Shown here one piece after another: positions 27,824-35,674 of a stretch of DNA of 64,000 bases. Made by a program: the position numbers and the translations under genes. The stretch lies in the sequence record MZ475897.1, one strand, 5' to 3'. A model generated the notes under the pieces. That model did no database searches. It was not told where the DNA came from and was given only the letters and a program-made list of their open reading frames with translations. Within the stretch, counting starts at the first letter, position 1, and each line of letters starts with the position of its first letter.

Positions 27824-28258
27824 CTAATACGAAACAAGGCGGAAGGCATTCTTCTTGAGAAGATTCAAATTGCCTAACATGAGACTGTAGGCCATTGTGC
27901 CGTGCTCTTTAATAAGCTCGTCAGGCACAAGTGAACCGAAATAAATTGAGCGGTCTGGACGTGAGTTAATCTCAATGCCACTAGACTTCATTGCATTCGG
28001 TACGATGAAGCACCAAGGCTCTGCAACGTACTTACCTTTCACATACTGAACTCTATAGCCAACGGCAACGCGCTGGCCTTTCGGCGGGCTGTATGAAAAG
28101 ACATCCGTCTGCAATTCGAGGGCTTTCGATACGGAGAAAAGCGCCATAGTCAGAAAGCGTTGCTCGAATTGTGGAATGAATGCGTTGTCTTCGCATATCT
28201 TTTTCAGTACAGCCTCTTGCCGTGCTCGTGGGAACGAAGCGAAGAGGCTCAGGTTCAT
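27824..28258 (-). CDS. Hypothetical protein
   Basis: 144-aa ORF with ATGA coupling to tmk. Confidence 0.6.
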   Translation of the reverse strand: MNLSLFASFPRARQEAVLKKICEDNAFIPQFEQRFLTMALFSVSKALELQTDVFSYSPPKGQRVAVGYRVQYVKGKYVAEPWCFIVPNAMKSSGIEINSRPDRSIYFGSLVPDELIKEHGTMAYSLMLGNLNLLKKNAFRLVSY

Positions 28259-28869
28259 CCGAGACGCGCCAGAATTTGTCGAACAACCTCAGACACAGAT
28301 GCCGTTTCAGTATCGATAACAAGATCGAAACCACCAGGCACTTGCTTGTAGCGTTCGCTGTACTGCTCGAACACTTCTTTGGTCTGACGTTGTTCTATGC
28401 GGTCTTCACCACCAACGCGATGTTTACGGCGCTCTACCGAAGTCTCGTAAGAAACATTCAGCAGCACAGTAAGACGCTTCTCAGGTGCGAGCACTTCCCA
28501 CGTATGACGATAGATGCGATCATTGATATCCGAATCACCCGCTTGATAAACGAAGGTGGACGGGTAACCACGGTCAGCAATAATCATCGTGTTCGGTTCG
28601 TTAGCGAGAATACGCTCGTAGGAATTCATGGTCGATGAACGCGCGGCCAAGAACAGCAGCATTTCGGTGCGACTGTCCATATCTGTTGCGAGGCCGCCTC
28701 TGTCGTTAAGCAGAATATCACGCAGATGTTCTGACAAAGGAGTACCACCAGGCTCGCGCAGTCTCAGGACCTGAGAACCACGTTGTTGCAAAATTTCGGA
28801 GATTGCTGTGCAAACTGTAGATTTGCCAGAACCTTCGGGACCTTCTACTAAAAGATAAACAGAGTTCAT
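28255..28869 (-). CDS. tmk: Thymidylate kinase
   Basis: P-loop EGPEGSGKST, LREPGGT, ADR..S...YQ. Confidence 0.92.
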   Translation of the reverse strand: MNSVYLLVEGPEGSGKSTVCTAISEILQQRGSQVLRLREPGGTPLSEHLRDILLNDRGGLATDMDSRTEMLLFLAARSSTMNSYERILANEPNTMIIADRGYPSTFVYQAGDSDINDRIYRHTWEVLAPEKRLTVLLNVSYETSVERRKHRVGGEDRIEQRQTKEVFEQYSERYKQVPGGFDLVIDTETASVSEVVRQILARLG

Positions 28870-28878
28870 AGGGATTCC

Positions 28879-29370
28879 TTAGGCAAATCGCCCACCACGC
28901 CATGCGGCCTTGATGAGCAACTTAGCCACGATTTCGTTCTTCATTGTCTTTCGCTTCGCATTGCTACGGACAAATGCAGAGCCGAACTTATTCACGACAA
29001 TCAAACCAACACCGCTCACGCGTATGCGTTCGATTATTCTATCGCCGTGAGATTCAAACAGAGCCTCGTCTATGGCAAAGTACATACGCATACAAAACGG
29101 TAGATACTTGTGCCACTTCTTATCGGTATTGAAATCGGCCCAGCAACTCTTAACCTCAGTGATAATCATATCGCATTTGGTATTAAGGCAGAACACGTCT
29201 GCTCTTAGGTTGCCGTGCTTAATCAAACCCAGCTCAACATGACAGGAATAACGTTTGTCAATCCAATAACGCTGAGCTGCCTCAGTGATAAACATAGTCC
29301 TATCAGGACGACTCATTGAGGTAAAGACTGCCTGTGTTTGACGTTCAGCTTTGCGGCGCTTAAAGGCCAT
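28879..29370 (-). CDS. MmcB-like PD-(D/E)XK nuclease-fold protein
   Basis: LRADV...ITEVKSCWADFNTDKKWHKYLPFC..MYFA. Confidence 0.8.
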   Translation of the reverse strand: MAFKRRKAERQTQAVFTSMSRPDRTMFITEAAQRYWIDKRYSCHVELGLIKHGNLRADVFCLNTKCDMIITEVKSCWADFNTDKKWHKYLPFCMRMYFAIDEALFESHGDRIIERIRVSGVGLIVVNKFGSAFVRSNAKRKTMKNEIVAKLLIKAAWRGGRFA

Positions 29371-29815
29371 ACGAGTCGATAATGTCCAGCGCCTGAGCTA
29401 AAATTGGGCGGAGTTTCTTGTCCACCTTCTTTAGAGCTTTATCAGCACTGAACCACTTACGCTCACGCATGCCTGCTTCATCGTATTCAGTCAGTTCCTG
29501 CTTGACCTTCATGATGAACCATTCAACGTTCTGGGCGCGGCCGGTCTTGCCTTTAACATACTTCATAATGTCGATGAAGTCTTTAGGCTTACCGAGAATG
29601 CCGCCTTCTTCCATGGCTTCTTTAAGTGCGGAATCCAGTGGCGTCATACCTTTCTCAACGCCACCTTTAGGGAATCCCCAATTGTTTCCGTGTGTGGTGC
29701 GAATCAACAAGATCTGCACTTCACCTTTTTTCTTTTTGTATGGGACAACGCCTGACTGCTTACGCGCTTTCTTTTCAGAAGGCAGCTTAGCAGAGAGTGA
29801 CACATTCAGCATCAT
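29360..29815 (-). CDS. Nudix hydrolase
   Basis: WGFPKGG followed by the Nudix box variant GGVEKGMTPLDSALKEAMEEGGI. Confidence 0.9.
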   Translation of the reverse strand: MMLNVSLSAKLPSEKKARKQSGVVPYKKKKGEVQILLIRTTHGNNWGFPKGGVEKGMTPLDSALKEAMEEGGILGKPKDFIDIMKYVKGKTGRAQNVEWFIMKVKQELTEYDEAGMRERKWFSADKALKKVDKKLRPILAQALDIIDSYGL

Positions 29816-30312
29816 AGATAATCACTTCCACGAGGCATGTTCACTTCCCAGCGACCAGAGTTGTCTACCCACAGACCATTATCCTGCAGGCGCTTGTATG
29901 CATCATACAGAGAGCATGAGGCGAGCACTTGCAGTTCGGTACCGAAGTCCGACATTGAATAGCTGTAGATAGATTCAGGCAGGTACGACAGGCGCTGGCC
30001 TTCATACGAGTCGTGAACAATACAGCCATCAGCATCAGTAACAACAGCGTGAGATGCAACGAGGGTAGGCCCCAGAACAACGATACGATAGTCTGGGTGC
30101 TTGTTGTAGTTGCGCTGAATGAACAACGCAGCTTCTGCAAACGGACGTGCGACTTGCGCAGCGCGTGTGCAGTTTTGCTCAAACGCAGATTCAGACAAAG
30201 AGCGTGCACCAGTCAAATTCATGGCCGATGCAAAAATCATTGTTGTCAGATCGTTTGGTGCGATAGCTGTGGGGAAGAACTTCGTGCCCCACGCTTGATC
30301 TAAAGAAAGCAT
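29812..30312 (-). CDS. Hypothetical protein
   Basis: 166-aa ORF, ATGA-coupled to the Nudix gene, SD present. Confidence 0.6.
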   Translation of the reverse strand: MLSLDQAWGTKFFPTAIAPNDLTTMIFASAMNLTGARSLSESAFEQNCTRAAQVARPFAEAALFIQRNYNKHPDYRIVVLGPTLVASHAVVTDADGCIVHDSYEGQRLSYLPESIYSYSMSDFGTELQVLASCSLYDAYKRLQDNGLWVDNSGRWEVNMPRGSDYL

Positions 30313-30342
30313 GGACCGTCTCCTTATTCGATAGTCTAAACT

Positions 30343-30350
30343 AAATTAGC
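30343..30350 (-). promoter_or_regulatory. GCTAATTT motif, candidate phage late promoter
   Basis: Intergenic, 30 nt upstream of ATG 30312. Confidence 0.55.
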
Positions 30351-30351
30351 G

Positions 30352-30642
30352 TTAATCAGCAGGACAGATAAGGACTTGTCTGCGATTCTGCATAAAAGAC
30401 TTTGGAGCAGGGCCACCTATCACGATAGCGTATTTTAACAGGAAGCCGGGCTTCTTTGTCGCTACGTTACAGCCACCGTGTGAAAGAGCTGCTAGTGCTT
30501 GACTGCGAAAAGGACCGGTCAAGCACAGCGTATGAGCGAAGAAGGGTTTGCTCACCTTCTTCATTGTTCTGCTCATCAGAGCGCGGATAGCTTCGCATTG
30601 TTCCGCAGTAGGGTCAGCACCGCAATAAACATCGAAATGCAT
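30352..30642 (-). CDS. Hypothetical protein
   Basis: 96-aa ORF coupled by a TAATG overlap. Confidence 0.5.
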   Translation of the reverse strand: MHFDVYCGADPTAEQCEAIRALMSRTMKKVSKPFFAHTLCLTGPFRSQALAALSHGGCNVATKKPGFLLKYAIVIGGPAPKSFMQNRRQVLICPAD

Positions 30643-31343
30643 TATGCGCCCTTAATAGTCATCAGGCTCTTGTACAGGCCGAACTTCTTCGAGAAGTCAG
30701 CAAGCGCATAGCCAGCCATATCTGCGGAATCAATCTGCTTAGTGATCAGCTTGCAGTTGGATGCGCTCAGGTTGTTTGTTTTGTCTTCATACAGGACAAG
30801 CGTGTGGCCATCATAGCGCTTATCGTCCGTAAAGAACACACCAAACTCTTTCCACGAGCGAGTGCCGTACTCAAGGACGAACACCGATGCTTCATAGAAG
30901 CCAGTGCCCATCTCCTGACTGTTGTCGTTAAGGAAGTGCTGGTCAATGTGGTCAGCAGCAACAACGTCAATCGTAATAAACTCACACACCTCAGGACAGT
31001 TGCGCAACCACGAACGCATACTGCGATCAAAATACGCAGCCAGTGCGCAGCAGATGCAGCTACGATTGTTCGGGTCTTTATCGACGCGAGGGATAGCTGT
31101 CAGCAAACGATCATACACAGCCCACGAGATGAAATCTGTGTCCAGACGTCCATCCGAGTACTCGTATTCTTCGTCGTTGATAACGAACAGATTGTGGCGC
31201 TGCATGTTGATGTTGCCTAATACATGCTTAACGCGGTTCATCTGCCCGTAAGGGAATTGGAATAGAACCTCGGTATTGATAACACGAGGTACGCCATTTT
31301 CTAAGTAGGCAAACTCCATAGGGTGCCGTAATACAGAACGCAT
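30642..31343 (-). CDS. Hypothetical protein
   Basis: 233-aa ORF with SD. Confidence 0.65.
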   Translation of the reverse strand: MRSVLRHPMEFAYLENGVPRVINTEVLFQFPYGQMNRVKHVLGNINMQRHNLFVINDEEYEYSDGRLDTDFISWAVYDRLLTAIPRVDKDPNNRSCICCALAAYFDRSMRSWLRNCPEVCEFITIDVVAADHIDQHFLNDNSQEMGTGFYEASVFVLEYGTRSWKEFGVFFTDDKRYDGHTLVLYEDKTNNLSASNCKLITKQIDSADMAGYALADFSKKFGLYKSLMTIKGA

Positions 31344-31353
31344 TGTCTTTCCT

Positions 31354-32142
31354 TTAGTTTAGGTGGATTATCTGGCCATTAGCTGTAATGTCTTGACCTG
31401 CTTCAATTCCGACGCGGCCTTTGACGTCCAGAGTATCATCGCCCTTTATTGTGGTCTTGCGATTACCTTCAATCACAACTGTCTGATTGCCTGTAATCTT
31501 CGTGTACTGATTACCACCATCACCTTTCGCAACACCAGCAAACTTGATGCGCTTCTTAGGGTCAGGCTTGAGAGCTTTAGGCGTCATTGTAGGGTCATTC
31601 AAGATATAATCAGGAATGTCGTTCTTGCTGCCTGTGACGATAAGCTGTTGGTTGCCTACGATTGTCTGATTCACGTCACCCATGATCGTCATGTTGAAAT
31701 CACCAGACGTCACAAGGAAGTGTTCGTTAGTCAGACGGTCAATAATCAACTGCGTGCCTGTAGACAGACGGACGCCCACACGATGTGGATAGTTGATCAA
31801 GAACTCAGGCAGCTTATCAGCTTCTGTCATACGCACGTTGGTGCTGTATACGCCTTCGTGCAACTGACCAGTAGGGAATCTGACAGATACCTTAGCGCCC
31901 ATCATAGGAACGAACTGTGCACCGAATACAGTTCCAGTAGAGCCACCTTTGAGTCCTTCAAGATGACCGATGCCGGGACGAATCCACGGAATCATTTCAT
32001 CAGGAATATCATCGGTAAGGCCCATGATGCGTGCGCGTATCATCTGAATCTTCTTGGGGTCGGAGCTATCGATAACAATAGCCTCGTACTCCATTTGCGG
32101 GTCAATCCCTTTCTTTGAGTTTACAGCATTTAGAGGAATCAT
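31354..32142 (-). CDS. Baseplate central spike (gp5/gpV-like OB fold plus beta-helix)
   Basis: VIDSSDPKKIQMIRARI...PWIRP, VPMMGAKVSVRF; I.GNQ..V repeats. Confidence 0.85.
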   Translation of the reverse strand: MIPLNAVNSKKGIDPQMEYEAIVIDSSDPKKIQMIRARIMGLTDDIPDEMIPWIRPGIGHLEGLKGGSTGTVFGAQFVPMMGAKVSVRFPTGQLHEGVYSTNVRMTEADKLPEFLINYPHRVGVRLSTGTQLIIDRLTNEHFLVTSGDFNMTIMGDVNQTIVGNQQLIVTGSKNDIPDYILNDPTMTPKALKPDPKKRIKFAGVAKGDGGNQYTKITGNQTVVIEGNRKTTIKGDDTLDVKGRVGIEAGQDITANGQIIHLN

Positions 32143-34037
32143 TGTTTTACTCGCGGTAGGTACATCTCAAGTTTCTCACCGTCTGGCGTGCCTGTTTTAT
32201 TAGAGCCATCAACAGTGCCATCACCGAGAGAACACAGGAAGTTACGCAGGTCTTCTTCTGCCTGTCTGATCAACTGGCTCAAGTTAGTGCTCGGCCCCAT
32301 CAGCTTACTGATAGAGGAAGCATCGAGACACTTGTCAGGCAGAGAGTTGTCCAGCATCTTCTGCATATCATCAAGTTTGTTTGAGACGCAGCGCTGATTT
32401 ATCTGAGGACCATCAAGATACTCAGCAGGGATATCACCGTTAGCGATAAGGCCGTTAATATCGCCGGTCATACCGCCAAGCATATTCTCCATGCTATCCA
32501 GACGACCAGCAAGTCCATCGAGTATGCCTGTCTTATAGTTGATGGACAGGTCAACACTCATCTTCTGGAGTTTGTTGAGCGCAGCACACATACCCGTAAG
32601 CAGCTTAGCTAGGCTAAACTCCTGCATAAGACTGTTCAGGTAGTCAGCACCTTCACCATACTTAGCCGCCAGCTCTGGGAACTTGAACGCTTCGCTGTCT
32701 ACTTGGAACTGGTTGAGCATCACATCAAGTTTAAGGCTGTGTTGCTGTGCAATCCAATCGAGTGGGCTGGCGCCATCAAGCGCCTGTTTGATGTTCGCGT
32801 TAATCTGCATAGGGCGCAGAATGTTAGCGACAGTATCGAGAGGAGTAAGGATGATGTTCTTACCACCACCGATATTCGACGTGCCTTCAACAGGAGTGAA
32901 GTTACGGGCCAACAGGAATGCTTCGCTGTACATGTGCCCTGAGTAAACGCGAGTACGCCCGATGATAATCCACTTGCCTGACAGCTTCTCATCGAGAATC
33001 AGTTCACGGTTAGAAGACACCATGCCAGCAGTCACTTCGACAATATCAAACAGGTCAACCTCAGGACAGCCGCCCATGATGAGTGCGCGTGCAGTCTCTG
33101 TATACGTCATTGCCTGACGTTTGTTTGAATAGAACGCCTGCATGTATTTATCGTGCAGGTTAATGTCGTTCGAAGGTCTGGCGTAGGCTTTGCGTGCACC
33201 AACAATATCACCACGAGTATCGCTGTTGATGTTTAGAGGGTCACGGCCTTTGACAGTCACTGTGGACATTTCATTGACAGCGCCTTTGCTATCAGCCCAA
33301 AGCAGCTTGTCACCATAGTTCGACATACCGTTGAAGATACCGCTAAGCGATTTTGGACGAAACTCATGCACGTTGTACTCAGGACTACGACCTGTTGGCG
33401 TGTGGTTAAACGTCCAGTAAGCTACAGGGTCTTTGTCGAACTGCGCATTGAGGTCACGCACTATCATGCGCTTGTCTGCGCTGATAATCATCTTAGGTGC
33501 AGCTTCTTCCGATATCCAGATGTGCTGCTCAATCTCCGACGCAAACTTCTTAGGCGAACACGCAGCAGACACCCAACTCATAATGTCTTTGGTCTGCATA
33601 TCACCTGCATCAAGCGTAAGCCCACACGACTGTGCGACTGTGCGTAGCGCCTCAAGGCTGGTGGATCGCATTGCATAGGAGCGAGAGTCGAAGAGGAACT
33701 TTGGCGCATCGATAGCACACAGCACGTTCATCATATGGAAGCCACCCTCGTCGTACTCACGCACGGCGAACACACTAAACGTCAGTGTCGTGGACCTGTC
33801 AACTGAGGGACCAGTGGTTATCGTGATCTTTGTACCATCAACGATAGCATGGGAGCTACGCAGGATATTCGTGCGATCAGCTAGTACGAGAAGACAGGCA
33901 GGAACAGCGAAGGTGTTTTCATACGTGTGAACGTTGCGAACAAGGTTCGGTGCATCCGGAGGAGCTTTACCGTCAAGCAACAGACCAAAGTAGCCCTGAT
34001 TCTTGACGCCACCAGCGGAAGGATTTTCCATCGCCAT
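32139..34037 (-). CDS. Baseplate hub protein (gp27/gp44-like) with helical C-terminal extension
   Basis: Position directly upstream of the spike; LFDIVEV...SGKWIIIG OB-like end of the hub fold. Confidence 0.6.
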   Translation of the reverse strand: MAMENPSAGGVKNQGYFGLLLDGKAPPDAPNLVRNVHTYENTFAVPACLLVLADRTNILRSSHAIVDGTKITITTGPSVDRSTTLTFSVFAVREYDEGGFHMMNVLCAIDAPKFLFDSRSYAMRSTSLEALRTVAQSCGLTLDAGDMQTKDIMSWVSAACSPKKFASEIEQHIWISEEAAPKMIISADKRMIVRDLNAQFDKDPVAYWTFNHTPTGRSPEYNVHEFRPKSLSGIFNGMSNYGDKLLWADSKGAVNEMSTVTVKGRDPLNINSDTRGDIVGARKAYARPSNDINLHDKYMQAFYSNKRQAMTYTETARALIMGGCPEVDLFDIVEVTAGMVSSNRELILDEKLSGKWIIIGRTRVYSGHMYSEAFLLARNFTPVEGTSNIGGGKNIILTPLDTVANILRPMQINANIKQALDGASPLDWIAQQHSLKLDVMLNQFQVDSEAFKFPELAAKYGEGADYLNSLMQEFSLAKLLTGMCAALNKLQKMSVDLSINYKTGILDGLAGRLDSMENMLGGMTGDINGLIANGDIPAEYLDGPQINQRCVSNKLDDMQKMLDNSLPDKCLDASSISKLMGPSTNLSQLIRQAEEDLRNFLCSLGDGTVDGSNKTGTPDGEKLEMYLPRVKQ

Positions 34038-34040
34038 ATT

Positions 34041-34253
34041 TTACTCCAGAATGCGAAAAGGCCCGCTAACAAAGCGGATAGCTATGTTACTCAGGCCATG
34101 TTGTTTCAACAGTTTTGCACAGCAGTTGCAGCAAAGTCTTTTGTCAGTTGGATTGATTACGGACGAGGCGTATTCGCTTATCACGTAATTGTCGTACGGT
34201 TCATCGCAGAACTGACACAGCTCCTGCTTTTCGAGTGATACTCGGATGCGCAT
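34041..34253 (-). CDS. Small Cys-rich zinc-binding protein
   Basis: CQFC...CCNCC. Confidence 0.55.
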   Translation of the reverse strand: MRIRVSLEKQELCQFCDEPYDNYVISEYASSVINPTDKRLCCNCCAKLLKQHGLSNIAIRFVSGPFRILE

Positions 34254-34255
34254 GG

Positions 34256-34654
34256 TTAGCCCTCGGCGTCAAGCTCCAGCGCAATGGCTTTCAGTTTCGC
34301 AGCAAGCAACTTAATCTCAGAAGACTTGGCTTGCATGTTAAAGCCACCACGCCCTGGTTTTATTTCAGAGTCTTTCTTCGTGTTGTACCACTTGCGCACT
34401 TCTACGACACGGTTACCGGCATCATCGTTAGCGAGATCAACAGACAGGAAGGTGTTAGGTCCGATTGCAATGCGAAACAGCTCTGGCGCAGAAGTCTCTT
34501 TGCGAGTCTTCTTTGCTTTCTCTTTCACAGGCTCAGACTTTTTAGACTTCTTAGCAGGCTTCTCTGCCTCACGTTCAACAGGCTTAACCTTGCTCAGGGT
34601 CTTCTTGATCTTCTTCGCTTTCGCGCCAACGATTTTGCCGTTAACCATTGCCAT
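34256..34654 (-). CDS. PC4-like ssDNA-binding protein with Lys-rich N-tail
   Basis: FLSV...VVEVRKWY...IKPGRGGFNM matches the PC4 pattern. Confidence 0.75.
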   Translation of the reverse strand: MAMVNGKIVGAKAKKIKKTLSKVKPVEREAEKPAKKSKKSEPVKEKAKKTRKETSAPELFRIAIGPNTFLSVDLANDDAGNRVVEVRKWYNTKKDSEIKPGRGGFNMQAKSSEIKLLAAKLKAIALELDAEG

Positions 34655-34944
34655 TAGATTTGCGTCCTCTTAACTTGCTTTATTGCAGCACTAGGACGAG
34701 GCTGGGGAATAGCAACGAGTGCGCCTGCCAGCATCTCGGATGAGTGAACCCATCCGTTAGCTATCAGAATATTCCGCCAGTATGCGTTAGTGCTGAGTTC
34801 TTTGTACGACAGCAACTGAGGATTTCCCTCCATAGATGCGTCGATACGTTTGGTCGTGAACAACGATCTGTCCACGTCATCGAATACAGAAACAGACAGC
34901 GGGTCAATTCCCCACTTGTCTATGTTAGCGATAGTTTCAGCCAT
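34654..34944 (-). CDS. Baseplate LysM-like protein (gp53/tail X-like)
   Basis: PQLLSYKELSTNAYWRNILIANG...LAGALVAIP. Confidence 0.7.
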   Translation of the reverse strand: MAETIANIDKWGIDPLSVSVFDDVDRSLFTTKRIDASMEGNPQLLSYKELSTNAYWRNILIANGWVHSSEMLAGALVAIPQPRPSAAIKQVKRTQI

Positions 34945-35663
34945 TTTTTCAGATCCTCACGAGTCACGGCAAAGTAACTGCTTACCTGCAGGACGAAGTC
35001 AACGGAGATTGGATTTCCTGTACCATCTTCCCACACGTTGTCGAAGTTAGCACTGACGCTATCAACAACGCAAGGTGTCATAGAGAAGAAATTACCAATA
35101 TCAACTGAAAACGCCTCGTCATCAGAAAACTCTATGTTCTGTCCCGCTTGAGCAGCAGCCGCATTAGCGATTGCTTTAGCAGGGCTTGGGCCTGGCGCAA
35201 CAAGTATACCGCCTACCTCAGACGGAGCACACAGGCTCAACAGATTATAGGTTGTCTCGACGACTTCACTGCGCGTGTCATCGTAAGCATCAACGAAGAT
35301 AGGGAGGTCAAGCGTAAAGTAACTTGGTCCTCCCCACATCTTGAAGCTGGCCAACTTGTGAATGGAGCTGGCACCACCGAGCTTTAACGCAGAGTCAGCA
35401 GTGCCTGCGAGTCTACCCAACATACCGCCAGACCTATCAGAGATCCCCTGACCGATTGAAGTGTCCCCGAAAGGAGCACTCCAACCGCTTGACAGAGAGA
35501 ACGTAAAGTCGGGTGGCACGAATCCGGTAAACTTGATGGTACCGCTTTTGTTGTAGATCTGAACACGGTACATGTTATCGACGCTTATCACGTCACCACG
35601 TTGTCGTGCAGTACCCACAGCAGTGGCGGTATTACCATCAGCAGGAATCAGATAGTTAGCCAC
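34920..35663 (-). CDS. Tail tube initiator-like protein (gp48/gp54-like)
   Basis: Position after the tape-measure-like gene; VDSVSANFD...PISVDFVLQVS pattern. Confidence 0.55.
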   Translation of the reverse strand: MANYLIPADGNTATAVGTARQRGDVISVDNMYRVQIYNKSGTIKFTGFVPPDFTFSLSSGWSAPFGDTSIGQGISDRSGGMLGRLAGTADSALKLGGASSIHKLASFKMWGGPSYFTLDLPIFVDAYDDTRSEVVETTYNLLSLCAPSEVGGILVAPGPSPAKAIANAAAAQAGQNIEFSDDEAFSVDIGNFFSMTPCVVDSVSANFDNVWEDGTGNPISVDFVLQVSSYFAVTREDLKKWLKLSLT

Positions 35664-35674
35664 AGATAGTCCTC

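Noticed and set aside
31363-32118. 251-aa plus-strand ORF
   Set aside because: Exactly antisense to the spike gene; explained by low use of TTA/CTA/TCA codons
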